Source: Octopus bimaculoides
Lineage: Eukaryota
Assembly (NCBI RefSeq): GCF_001194135.2
Contig: NC_068996.1
Location: 6,530,175 to 6,594,174 of the forward strand
Direction of reading: 5' to 3'
DNA length: 64,000 nt
The notes beneath the pieces are model-generated. The model was not told where the DNA came from. It worked only from the letters and a program-made list of their open reading frames with translations, and made no database searches. A program made the translations under genes and the position numbers. Shown piece by piece: positions 24,218-36,951 of the stretch (within the stretch, counting starts at the first letter, position 1; the number at the start of each line of letters is the position of its first letter).

Positions 24218-26764
24218 NNNNNNNNNNNNNNNNNNNNNNNNNNNNNNNNNNNNNNNNNNNNNNNNNNNNNNNNNNNNNNNNNNNNNNNNNNNNNNNNNNN
24301 NNNNNNNNNNNNNNNNNNNNNNNNNNNNNNNNNNNNNNNNNNNNNNNNNNNNNNNNNNNNNNNNNNNNNNNNNNNNNNNNNNNNNNNNNNNNNNNNNNNN
24401 NNNNNNNNNNNNNNNNNNNNNNNNNNNNNNNNNNNNNNNNNNNNNNNNNNNNNNNNNNNNNNNNNNNNNNNNNNNNNNNNNNNNNNNNNNNNNNNNNNNN
24501 NNNNNNNNNNNNNNNNNNNNNNNNNNNNNNNNNNNNNNNNNNNNNNNNNNNNNNNNNNNNNNNNNNNNNNNNNTATATATATATATATATATATGCTTAT
24601 CTTTTGTTTATAACAAAAAAAAAGAGAAGAGGGGAAAGGGGGGGGAGGAAGTTGCATGTATAATACATAACTTAGAAGCAGTGCGTACCAACACACATGA
24701 GATTGAGACATAGCCGACCTCATGCACTTCTCATGAGGAATCCCGGAAGGAGCTTCGTGAGACCACAACTGAGACACTTCCGAAAAAAAGAAAAGCCGTT
24801 GGAAAGCTGATTATAGTAGCGACTGTAGAAAATTTGCCTCAACAAATTCTATCTGACCCAAGCAAGCATGGAAAAGCATACATTAACCGATGATGATGTA
24901 TCTGTGTTCATGTGTGATCATTGTTTTTTTAACCTTCTCTTTCCCATGCTTGTATGAGTTGGACTTGTTGAGGCAGGTTTTCTATGGGTGGATGCCCTTC
25001 TTGTTGCATCTGTATACAAGTAATGTAATATTTTCTTTATGACCAGTTATGTTTTCATGGAAGGCTGGAAATGAAGGACACAGCTTGCATGACTGTGACA
25101 CTTATTTACAACTATTGCACGATATCAAGTTTAAAAGACAGTAACACACATGCATGCACATACAAATATATATTGTGATTCCTTCAGTTTCCACTCAGAA
25201 AGCTTTGGTCGATCCGGGGATATAGTAGATACTTGCATATGACACCATGCATCAGTAGAACCATGTCATTGATAGGCTAACTTCTTACCACACAGCCACA
25301 CTTGTACCTTTACATATAACACACAGAAAATTATTTTAAAGTGTCTCAAGACTAAACCCTCATTTCCATGAAGTTTAAGTGATTGAAACCACAAAATGTC
25401 CAACTAAGCAAGAATGCTAATTCTTGGAGCAATAACCCCTCCTTAGTTGCTCATCAAATTACCCCTGAGTGAACTGATGCATCATGAAATTAAATGTCTC
25501 ACTCTAAGACACAAAGCACCACTTAATCCGAGAATTAAATTCATAATCTTAACATCATTAATCTCACACTAACCATTAGGCCACATGCTAACACACACAT
25601 CCCCATATATGTAAACATATTTTCTGGCATGGTTGAATGATTGAGAAAGTTTGTTTGAAATCATGAAATCGTGTGTTCAATCCCACAACATAACATCTTG
25701 GGCAAGTGTCTTTCATATAGCCACAGATCAATTCAAATCCTGTGAGTGAAACTGAGTAGATGGAAACTATGATGAAGCCTATCAGATGGATTACACCACG
25801 GATTCAAAAATTCAGCCCTGACATGAACCATGTCACACTGATTCTACCTGAGAATTATTATGTTAATAGTACATGTGTCTGGGGAGTACTCAGCTACTTA
25901 GATTAATTTAAAAGATAGGATGACTAGTTTATTGAATGTTTGTTGTTAAAACTAACACAACAGTTGTGCGTGTGTGTATATATGTATACACACACATATA
26001 TTTTATGTAGATAGGGTTATAATCCAAGCTGTGTCCTCAAAATGCAAATCTGTAAAATAATGTTTGAAGTTGTTAGCAGATTCCAATTTATCATCTATGT
26101 TGGAGTTGTTTTTTTTTAATCAAAGAATTATGCTTTCCATCACATATACGTAAGAAATGAACTTGGTCTATATATTAACAGTTTTATATATTCTGCCTTT
26201 TGTTGGTAAAAGAATAACCTTTAGCGAAACATCCAAATGTATTCTTCCTCATTTAAGAGGTTGAACAGCAATAACTGCTTAAAATGAAATATAATCAAGT
26301 AGATTATATTGGAGCAGAGTAAAATGTAGATAAGGTTACAATGCAACATGTGTCCTCATGAAGCCTATCTGTATAATCCAGTACTCAAAATTGTATGAGG
26401 CATGCATCAGAGTTGAAAAATACTGGGAAATAGTTTTTGAAAAGTAAATTACATATCAAAACAGGAAATTGGAAACATTTTTTAGGTATTATTTATTCAC
26501 CATTACACAAACTTTATTCTCCTTTCTATCTAAAAGACTCCTAATCGATGACTATAAATTAAGGCTTCATCCAAATGTAAATGTTCCATTATTTAATTCT
26601 CTGTGTGAAGAATTTCTAATAGGAGATATACGTGTTTCTCCTACATGTACAATTTTATAACTTTTATTTGCAAATGAAACATGTGTAATGGTAAATAAAT
26701 AAGACCAAAAATGTTTTCTAATTTCTTGTTTTGGAGATTATTCCCACCATTTACTGATTATTCC

Positions 26765-26768
<4 letters not shown>

Positions 26769-26809
<41 letters not shown>

Positions 26810-26872
26810 AAACACATAAATGTATGTTATGTATATATGTATTTCTATAATGTTTTTATAAAACCTGTATGT

Positions 26873-26937
<65 letters not shown>

Positions 26938-27000
26938 AAACACATAAATGTATGTTATGTATATATGTATTTCTATAATGTTTTTATAAAACCTGTATGT

Positions 27001-27060
<60 letters not shown>
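26769..27060. repeat. Essentially exact tandem duplication of about 127 bp between (TA)n tracts
   Basis: caaaacacataaatgtatgttatg...aaacctgtatgtttgtgtg occurs twice. Confidence 0.9.
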
Positions 27061-27063
<3 letters not shown>

Positions 27064-28827
27064 AATAGATGAATGTATATGTTTGTTAGTTGAACCTGTG
27101 TGTGTTATTTTCTATACAAATCCTACTAAATAATCTGATTTAATTCGTTTCTATTATTAATTTCACCTAGAGTAAAACTCTAAAAGAATGTGCTTTTCCT
27201 TTTAATCATATCAGAGTTTATAGTGACAGTAGTGTTGGGTGAGATAAACCACTGGCATTAAAGGTTAGTCTTAGCTCTCTATTATATCTCCATTCACAAC
27301 ATTCAGGATACATTATAGATATATAAACCAACCTAAGTATTTGACCTGTACATTATTTTGTTGATCCCAGAAGGTAAAAAGGTAAAGTTTTTCTAAGAAG
27401 TTGAATGACTGAGGCTATCAAATGATTCTGTTAATCTACTGTTTCATTTACATACTTTCAGAAAGTGAATTAATCCTTCCAAGACCATTTTTCAAATGGA
27501 AATGCAATATTGAAATGCTTCAATTAATTTTGACTGTGATCAAAAACTTGAAGGGATTTAGTAAAATAATTTCCTACAATTACTTGAGCTGAGGTTTGGA
27601 ACATAGCAAAAGGTCCTTTCATAAAAATTAACAATGGATGGTTTTTAATTTAAACAGAAACATTTTTAAAATAGCAATAACTGCAGCAACAGCATCAGTA
27701 GTGGTGATGGTAGTAGAGCTCTACAACAACCTTGACTATGATAAAAAAAATTAAAAAAACAGTCCAGACATGGCTATCCCAATTTGTGATACATCTAATA
27801 CAACACACTAATGTGGCCTTTGTTTTATGAGGCAGCAGAGTGGGAAGTATAGTGTCATTTCAGAGAGATTTATCTAATATTCATAGAATGTTGTGAAGCT
27901 GTACACAGGAATCCTCATTAACTGGAGAGGTTATGTATAAAGGAACTGGAGACTATGTAATTTGAACAAATTGGTACCAAAAGGATCAAGGATATTCATT
28001 GACTCTAAGATAAAGACTTGAAAGAAATAGCATTTCTTTCTTTCAAAACATACACAAGAACATCAAAGATAACTTAACGTTAAATTAAAACTATTAATAT
28101 AGCATAATCAGGAGAGCATCCAACAAAAATACCTTGTCGTTTTATTTAGTTAATTCTCTTTACGTAAAGATTTTAAATCCCATCCACATCAAGTTTACTT
28201 TCCATCCTTCTGCAGTTGATAAAAAACATACTGAGATGGGGCTAGGTGACTACACCCTAAGGAGGGGTGCTGCACCGGCAAGATCACAGCCAAGTGACAG
28301 GAACCAATAAAAGGTTTTAAAAAATAGAAAGTTGAGTCAGTGCAGCAAAGCATAAAATGATACATCTTCTCAGTATTATCTTCTTACATCAAGAGTTCAA
28401 ACTACTACCATCCAACAGAGCTACTTTGCCTGTCGTCTTTCTAGGGCCAATGTCAGCAATTAAAGTGTTTGAAGTGGAGCCCCAGTAAAGCCATAATCCA
28501 CTGATTAAAAGCATTAAGAATTTAAAAAAAAAAAAGTTAATTTAACTTGATCTAAGGTGCTTCTGATCCTACATCAATATACAGATCCTTTCTCCTTTGG
28601 GCACAGTAAATAGATGAAACAAATTAACATTTTTCTTTTACATAGTAAGGTCTAATTACCTCTTTCTGCTGTGATATATCCAGTTGAATATTTGGAAGTG
28701 GGAGTGGGGATAAAATAAAAATTATATAAAACTTTTGTTAAAGTTAAATACATAGTAATAGTCACACAATGATTGTAAACATACAAGTAACAGCTGTGAC
28801 CAGGCAGGAATATTTTAGTGGACTTAC

Positions 28828-28848
28828 GAACTAACAACAAAATATGTG
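28828..28848 (-). other. Candidate 21-nt microexon of gene A (probably 5' UTR)
   Basis: Strong acceptor ttttccttcatttcctttag and donor TTC|GTAAGT. Confidence 0.3.
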
Positions 28849-29559
28849 CTAAAGGAAATGAAGGAAAACTTTCAATAAAATGTGCACACATACACAAGTT
28901 ATATAACTCAAAAGCTGAAAGTTTTGTGTGTTACACAAAATATACATATATCATCATTATTTTCATGTCCACTTTGATATGTCTGCAGGGGCCAGACACA
29001 ATTTGTTGAGGGAGATTTTACTATGGCTTGATGCACTTCCTGCTGCCAACCATCACCCATTTAAAAACACACAAAAACCGTTAGATTCACTTCAACATTT
29101 AAATCTAATTTGTCAAAATATTTTCGTCGCTTTGAGACCGCGACCTGATCACTGACAAAATTCCGTGCTGCATCTGAGAAAGTAACAGTTCATGATATGT
29201 ATGTATGTTTGCATGTAAGTATGTGTGTATGCATATATGTGCATGCATGCCTATACACAAGTATGCATGTATGTGAGTATTTAGGTATGTGTGTAGACGT
29301 GTATATGTGTATATGTATGTGAATGTATGTTTATTGTCCCATAGCTAGAAATGGACAACCCTGTTTGTATAACAATGATGCTCATTTACTACCATCATGT
29401 GATATTTAGACAAGGGTACACACACACACAACTATATGGCAAGTTTCTTTCAGTTTCCATCAACTAAATCTACTCAAAAAGCTTTGGTTGACCCAGGGCC
29501 ATTGTAAAAGAGTATCTATGTGTGCATCTGTTTGTGTGTATTTATATTATATGAAGTCG

Positions 29560-29860
29560 CACAGCTCAGCAATTAGAGCATCCGGCTCACAACTATGAGG
29601 TAGTGAGTTCAATCCTCAGATTGAACTGTGTGTTGTTTTCTTGAGCAAGACACTTTATTTCACATTGCCCCAGTTCACACAGCTGTAGAAAATAAGTGCG
29701 ATGTCACAGGTGCCAAGTTGTATCAGCCTTTGCCTTTCCCTTGGATAACATCAGTGGTATGGAGAGGGGAGTCTGGTATGCATGGGCAACTGCTGGTCTT
29801 CCATAAACAACCTTGCCCAGACTGATACCTTAGAGGGGAACTTTTTAGGTGCAATCTCAT
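29560..29860 (+). mobile_element. tRNA-headed SINE family D
   Basis: A/B-box-like head then cttgagcaagacactttatttcacattgc; related pieces at 29875, 44785 and 61850. Confidence 0.65.
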
Positions 29861-30110
29861 GATCTTTTCCCTTTTATGAAGTTGCATGGCCTAGTGGTTA
29901 AAGTTTATCACTCACAATTGCTAGATCATGGGTTCATTTCCAGATTAGGCAGCACATTGTGTTCTTAATCAAAACACTTCTTTTCATGTTGCTTCAGTTC
30001 ACTCAACCGTAAATACATTGTTTTATGAGAAGTGGGGGCCACCTAACACCTGACTCATAACCAGGTGGACCACACTATTAAAAAATTTTGAAGTAATTTT
30101 CCATTAGAGG

Positions 30111-30348
30111 CAGGGCTGTGGAGTCGAAACAAAAAACTTCAACTCCGACTCCTCTTCATCTAATTAAGTGATTGTGGTCTACAAGTCTCATAAGGCATAT
30201 GCATACACTTGTACTTTGAGTAGGCCTTATATGTTATAACTGGTTTATATTAAAGAAGAAAGATATTGTGTGTTGGAATCAGAGTTGGTACAGTTTTACC
30301 GACTCCGACTCCAGCTACCCCTTAATTGACTCCAACTCCACAGCCCTG
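30111..30348. mobile_element. hAT-type MITE with perfect 8-bp target-site duplication
   Basis: Terminal repeats CAGGGCTGTGGAGT / ACTCCACAGCCCTG; ATTAGAGG at 30103-30110 and 30349-30356. Confidence 0.92.
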
Positions 30349-31794
30349 ATTAGAGGTGCCATTCAGAAAATCCTGTGGGCCACATTTTGCTCATGACTGC
30401 TCTATAGCAAGAGATTAAGAGTCATTAAGTGTTCCATAGTGGCAGACAGAGAAAAGTGTTTTGAAGAACAACAGTTGCAACGTACTGACTTGCACTGAAT
30501 GATGAGAAGTGGTTTGGAAATGTTAGAAGAAATTGATAAATGAAGAGAATGCACAGGAGAAACAGACTACTCCAAGCAGACCCATTAGAAGAATTAATTA
30601 TATGAAGGCAAAGAAAGCAGCCAAACCATCAAGAAAAGACCTGCAATGCTGAAAATATCTAGTGAGGTAGGGCAGACACTAGACATTCACATATCAATCA
30701 AGTCAATCAGACAATACTTAGGGATATCATAACAACGGCTAGCATAGTAGAATTATTATCGACTGTTATAAGAGACACCCTAAAAATAAAGTACAGAAGA
30801 AGCATGAAATTGATGGACTAGACTACAAAAGTAACAAAAAGAATTAGAGTACAATTGATTAAGAAGGGAACTTGCAAAAGTAACAACCTACAGTTTAGTT
30901 TTGTGCCAGAATGGGTATTACTAATGCCATCTTTCTAGTCAGACAACGAAAAGAGTTTTGCAATCGGTCACTACACCAAGCTTACATCAACCAGATGGCC
31001 TTCAACAGGAACACAGAGTATAGTTTGGTGCTCACTAAGAAAACTAGGTGTATATGAATGGTTATGCAAATTATGTGTAGAGATGCCAAGAGTTATTGGG
31101 AGAGTTGTAATGAGTTTAGAGAGGAATTTAGCATGCAGGTAGGTGTTCATCAGGACTCAATTCTCAACTCCTTCCCGCTCATAATAGTTTTTCAGGCAGT
31201 AACAGGAATTTAAGAAGAGCTGTTTATGGGAACACCTGTTTACTGACAATCTGGTTCTCATAATTGAATGTCAAACACTTAAAGAAAATGGAAGTAAAAC
31301 CTAGAGGTCAAGGAGTAAACTAAGCATGGACACAAGTTTTAGCAACAAAGACAGGACCGTATTGCTATCTAGCAAGTGACCATGATCAATATGCAACAAA
31401 GTGGGTAGGAACTCCATATGGTGTAACCATTGTAAACTAGTGGACCTATAAGATGTTTAGTGAGATCATAGGCAGATTCACAGAGAAAGAATAATTTATA
31501 ACAATAAATGCACAAGAGGAATTAGCAGTAAGATCCACCCATTAAAGAAACCCTACCTACTAGTGGAAGTAGGCGTTCTCAAAACATAGTAACAAACAAG
31601 AACAGGGTGGGAAAAATTTAGAGTTATTAGCTCTGCTTTTGAAAACAGATTCTGTCTGAATAAAGAGCAGATTGAATGATGCTTGCACACTAGTGAAACA
31701 CAAGTATTACAAGTGGAAGATGTGAAAACTGGAGAGGAATCAAACAAGTATGTTCCAGTAGATGTGTTATGTTTATGCATATGAATGACAGGAA

Positions 31795-31927
31795 TTAACC
31801 CTTTGGCATTTAAACCTGCCATATCAGGCTGAAATATTCTACTTGTTTTATGTTCAAACTAGCCGGATCTGGCCTCTCACACCTATCTTACAGTGTCAAT
31901 CTAAAAATAATCATCTCATCAAAATCT
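31795..31927. mobile_element. piggyBac-like MITE fragment
   Basis: TTAA-CCCTTTGGCATTTAAACC, homologous to 62167; truncated by an RTE tail. Confidence 0.7.
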
Positions 31928-32026
31928 CATCATCATCATCATCATTTAACGTCCGCTTTCCATGCTAGCATGGGTTGGACGATTTGACTGAGGACTGGTG
32001 AAACCGGATGGCAACACCAGGCTCCC
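31928..32026 (-). mobile_element. Short young RTE 3' tail
   Basis: (CAT)n-ttaacgtccgctttccatgctagcatggg. Confidence 0.85.
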
Positions 32027-32434
32027 TCAAAGTAACAAAATAATGCAAGATTAATTCAAAACAATGGGAATAAATAAGAATTATATTTGACAGAGTAATC
32101 TGAATGTTGAAGAGATAAACAAGATGAGAGAATTGGGTGTACAAGGAATCAGATGTAGCATGCAAGAAAGGCAGTCAGAATGGTATAGATGTGATGTATA
32201 AGGAGATTGACTGTAAAAGAAAAAATGTGTTTAACAATACAAATGGAAGGAAATAGCCAAAGTGGAAAACCAAGAAAGACATGAGAAGTGGTGAAGTCTG
32301 ATCTATGAAAGAAATGACCTTTTATAATGAAATACCAAGGAGAAAACACAGCTAACATATGTAATCATGGTAAAACAGTCACAATGATTATATATGTATA
32401 CACACACACATATATATATATATGTGTGTTTGCA

Positions 32435-32800
32435 GATGTGGTTGTGGTAAGAAGTATGCTTCCCAACCACATGGTTCTGTCCCACTGCGTGGTACCTTGA
32501 GTAAGTGTTTTACAATAGTCTAGACCAATGAAAACCTAGTGTAGATTTGGTAAATGGAAACTGAAAGAAGCCTGTTGTGTGTGTGTTTGTCTCTTTTTTC
32601 TTGACATTGGATGATAGTTGTAAAAGCATACAAATGACATAGAATGTCATTCCTTTTCAATATTTTGTGAGAACATGTCTGGCCACGGGAAGATATTCCT
32701 TGCTCAGAAACAGGTGAGGGTTGGTAATAGGAAAGGAATCCGGCCACAAAAAATTCTACTTTAAATAAACTGTCCACACCATGCATGGAAAAGTGGAGTT
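32435..32800 (+). mobile_element. SINE family B with RTE-like tail
   Basis: Head gtggttgtggtaagaagtatgcttcccaacc; tail ccatgcatggaaaagtggag. Confidence 0.7.
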
Positions 32801-33211
32801 TATATACATACACACACACTACATATATATATATATATATATATAATCCAAGAGAGTTAGGGGTTGAGGATTCAACCCACTAAGGGATAGTATCTATCCA
32901 ATATACTGCTGGGAGGGTACCCAATTATTGTTACACTAGTGTTATACCAAGTGCAATAAGTGGGTGCGGGTAAAAGGGGGTTATTTTACCCTAAATTTAT
33001 ATAGCAATGAGAAAATGGAGGAGAATTGCTAAATGTCCTTTATATTTGAAATCTTAATTGTTGATATGACATGGTATGTCATAAGTGTCTGTATATTGTG
33101 TTTTTTGTCAATTTAGTTATAAAATAAACAGATTAATCAACGGAATACATTGTCTGCAAGTCGATGGGTACCACATATTCTCCTCTGTTTGTATCTTATA
33201 TATATATATGT

Positions 33212-33256
<45 letters not shown>

Positions 33257-33570
33257 ATACAAAGACTTGTAAAAATTCCAAAGATTTTGATCAGAAATGG
33301 ATTGCCATTTATGTCTACAAAAAGTACCTAACACACTCCCAAATGATTGATGCCATAGAACTTAAGTCATTATTTTACTGTACGTAAGTAAAATAATATA
33401 CATTAGGCGCATTTTCAGCACTTGTTTATTTATTTTCATTCTTTGTTATTCTACCTACCCTTTTTCTCTGGTCTCTTCACTCAAAGATTATTTCCAAATA
33501 ACAAGTGCCTTAAATTCACGAATGAGATCCAACAGTACTTTTTGGTACACAATCTAAAGTTTTAATGATA

Positions 33571-33700
33571 TTCACCTCTTTAACATTTCAAGTGTCCATA
33601 CCTGGCCCAAATATTCAACTAGCCAGATTCAACCTCTCACACCTAACTCACAATGTCACTCTAAAAATAAACAATCACATCATCAATATTAATGGGTTAA
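33571..33700. mobile_element. piggyBac-like MITE, internally deleted
   Basis: Homologous to 62167; ends taatggg-TTAA. Confidence 0.6.
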
Positions 33701-33715
33701 TTAGGGTCGTGTGTA

Positions 33716-33766
<51 letters not shown>

Positions 33767-34042
33767 NNNNNNNNNNNNNNNNNNNNNNNNNNNNNNNNNN
33801 NNNNNNNNNNNNNNNNNNNNNNNNNNNNNNNNNNNNNNNNNNNNNNNNNNNNNNNNNNNNNNNNNNNNNNNNNNNNNNNNNNNNNNNNNNNNNNNNNNNN
33901 NNNNNNNNNNNNNNNNNNNNNNNNNNNNNNNNNNNNNNNNNNNNNNNNNNNNNNNNNNNNNNNNNNNNNNNNNNNNNNNNNNNNNNNNNNNNNNNNNNNN
34001 NNNNNNNNNNNNNNNNNNNNNNNNNNNNNNNNNNNNNNNNNN

Positions 34043-34083
<41 letters not shown>

Positions 34084-34138
34084 TAATGTCTTTTCTATAC
34101 AAGTCAAATGATTTGTTATAATCCATTTCCTTCTTTAC

Positions 34139-34341
34139 CCTATATGTAACTAAAATGGGACTTAGAAAATCTTAGGGTTTCACTGCCGTTCAAAGTTGTC
34201 CATATCACCATCATACTTTCTTCTTTTGGCAAACTTTCTTGGAGGGATAAAATTCCCAATACGGTTGCTTTGCAAATATGGTATTGATAAGCGTACGACT
34301 TTCTCTGTCAGATGGACAATATCGCCAAAATCACGTTTCAT
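34139..34341 (-). other. Candidate exon of gene A carrying a 53-aa ORF (34341-34180)
   Basis: Acceptor ttcatttcaacag directly before ATG; MKRDFGDIVHLTEKVVRLSIPYLQSNRIGNFIPPRKFAKRRKYDGDMDNFERQ*; donor AGG|GTAAAG at 34139. Confidence 0.4.
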
Positions 34342-35133
34342 CTGTTGAAATGAAGTAGTAATAAGTATTAATTCCATTAATAATCTTAATATCACGTCCA
34401 CTCTTTAAAAAACGAATTTTTCATGAGTCCTCATTTGACCAAATGGATATGTAGATAAAATAAAGCATATTCAAGAAGAAAAATAAGGGGAAACTAAATT
34501 ATAACTGCCATTCAACATCTCGACATATTCTTTCGTTGACATCATTTGAATTAACCCAGTTAAAATACCGTTATGCATTGAACCATCATCCCTTAACCTG
34601 CTAAGAAATAGCAACTAATTCTCCCTCTTATTTATATTCTACTATTTTAAATGAACAAGGACTTTATGAAATCCTACAAAGTTATACCGCCTCTGAAAGC
34701 AATATGGGAAGATCATATCTAGAATGCATTTGGTCATAGCTGGGGCTAAACAAACAAACACCAACGACCGTTATACAATTATCTGCATAGAGAGAAAAAT
34801 ATTGCCATTGATTTTTTGTGCTTCTGTGTGACTGAGTGAATTCGTTTACATGTCAACAGGTGAAATTCATACTTCTTTCTGGAGTGAAGCTATTAACTAA
34901 GCCTGATTAGAACAATGAAGTTGAACTGAATTTTATTTTTTTTTTAAATGGAAAATTGCATTAAATAAAACTAAAACATTGTAACTAAATTAAAGTGTTC
35001 CCGAAGTAAACATGTTCGAGTTTCTCTCTCTCTCTCTCTAAGCGACAAACTGTTATGTACATGTCAGAACTATGACTAAGTTCCAAACTATAGCATTTGA
35101 GATACCTGAGGGAAAGTTAATGCAAACAGTCAC

Positions 35134-35169
35134 CTGTACTTTGCAAACAAAAGTGAAAGATAGGTGCAA
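35134..35169 (-). other. Candidate 5' exon of gene A
   Basis: Acceptor cctttcttttcttcag; donor CAG|GTGACT (alternative CAG|GTATCT at 35106). Confidence 0.3.
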
Positions 35170-36176
35170 CTGAAGAAAAGAAAGGCGGTTATTTCACATA
35201 TATTCAAACAAAAATTACACACACACATAATATATATACATATATATTAGAGAAAATCGATATATTCACTTTGCTAGTGTATTTTGGATATAATCAATTA
35301 CGTTTCCCGAAATGATTTTGCTTATTTTATTTCTTTTCTTTTTACCTTTTGAAAACTACTTCGTTCAGTCACACCTCCAATTAAAGAAAATACTTCTTCC
35401 TGATGGTGGTGGTGGCAGCGGAGTGTAGTATGAGGAGAGGGCGGGAGTATAATAACAAAACAAAAATATTTTGATGTATGGTTATGACAGGATTCGTAAA
35501 TAAATATACACATATATGTGTGTGTGTGTATGTATGTATTGCAGGTGTATGTGTTCAAACAAATAATAATATACAGACGCACACAGATAGAGTATAAGGG
35601 TTTTAGTTTGGGTTTTAAAAAAATATGTAATTACAGTGATCACTCTGGTCACAGGTATTAATTAATTATTGCAGCTGTCATTATAGGCACCACCGACACC
35701 AACAAAGGCTGGCACCTAGATCAATATCATTAACATTTTAAGAAATGAGAAAGTTTAGATTTAGTAATGTAAATTTGTAACATAAATCTCTGACAACTAA
35801 AAAGAATATTTATTTCAATAACTGTTAGATGAGACCTTACAAATTAAAATAAAGTGGGGGTGGGGATACAAAAATATCGAAATAACTATTTGAAGGTCGA
35901 TATAATGAAAGAAAAGCTAAGTCTTATGAATGTACTTTAGTTCTTAGATATATATATATAATGTGCAGAAAGTATTAAACGAGTTGTTTTACCGAATCGT
36001 ATTGAACTATCAAACTCAAGTAGAACCAAGTTACTTAAATCAGAAATCAAAACAAGAATAAAAAAATGCAATACCAAATAAATGTAAAGTCGAGATTCGG
36101 GAAATATAGTCAAAATATCATAATAAATCTTCATTACTTTAGAAAGATCAAAAAGAAAAAGGTAACGTTAGGAACA

Positions 36177-36222
<46 letters not shown>

Positions 36223-36739
36223 NNNNNNNNNNNNNNNNNNNNNNNNNNNNNNNNNNNNNNNNNNNNNNNNNNNNNNNNNNNNNNNNNNNNNNNNNNNNNN
36301 NNNNNNNNNNNNNNNNNNNNNNNNNNNNNNNNNNNNNNNNNNNNNNNNNNNNNNNNNNNNNNNNNNNNNNNNNNNNNNNNNNNNNNNNNNNNNNNNNNNN
36401 NNNNNNNNNNNNNNNNNNNNNNNNNNNNNNNNNNNNNNNNNNNNNNNNNNNNNNNNNNNNNNNNNNNNNNNNNNNNNNNNNNNNNNNNNNNNNNNNNNNN
36501 NNNNNNNNNNNNNNNNNNNNNNNNNNNNNNNNNNNNNNNNNNNNNNNNNNNNNNNNNNNNNNNNNNNNNNNNNNNNNNNNNNNNNNNNNNNNNNNNNNNN
36601 NNNNNAAGGAAATATTTACAAGCTAAATAAAGTATTTTGTTTTGTTTGTCATTTCCTCTATGAAGCTTTTTATCATCGCTTCTTTCCTTTCCTTTCTTTA
36701 TGACTAAATGAAAATAATTTTGTGTAAGTATATTTAGTT

Positions 36740-36800
36740 GAGGGCTGGACTTCCCTCGACCACTATCATGCACGTGTTTCACATGCGCGCGCACTACACC
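36740..36800. promoter_or_regulatory. Candidate promoter motif cluster
   Basis: GGACTTCC, E-box CACGTG and NRF1-like CATGCGCGCGCA within 60 bp, inside the CpG-retaining domain. Confidence 0.35.
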
Positions 36801-36904
36801 TTTTCATCCTTTCTTTTTGTTTATTTATTTCATTTTTGACATTCTCAAACGTATTGGTATATTAGATATGAGTAGGGTGTGAGTCCAGCATTACTATTAT
36901 TAAG

Positions 36905-36951
<47 letters not shown>

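Larger units (their letters stand above)
30480..32320 (+). mobile_element. Old RTE LINE relic with RT domain, interrupted by two insertions
   Basis: Degenerate LQFSFVP..TNAIFLVRQ, MQVGVHQDSIL, LFTDNLVL and GKPRKT motifs; many stops. Confidence 0.75.

Noticed and set aside
26769-27060. Exact 127-bp tandem repeat as a functional array
   Set aside because: Only two units, bounded by (TA)n where misassembly or slippage is common.
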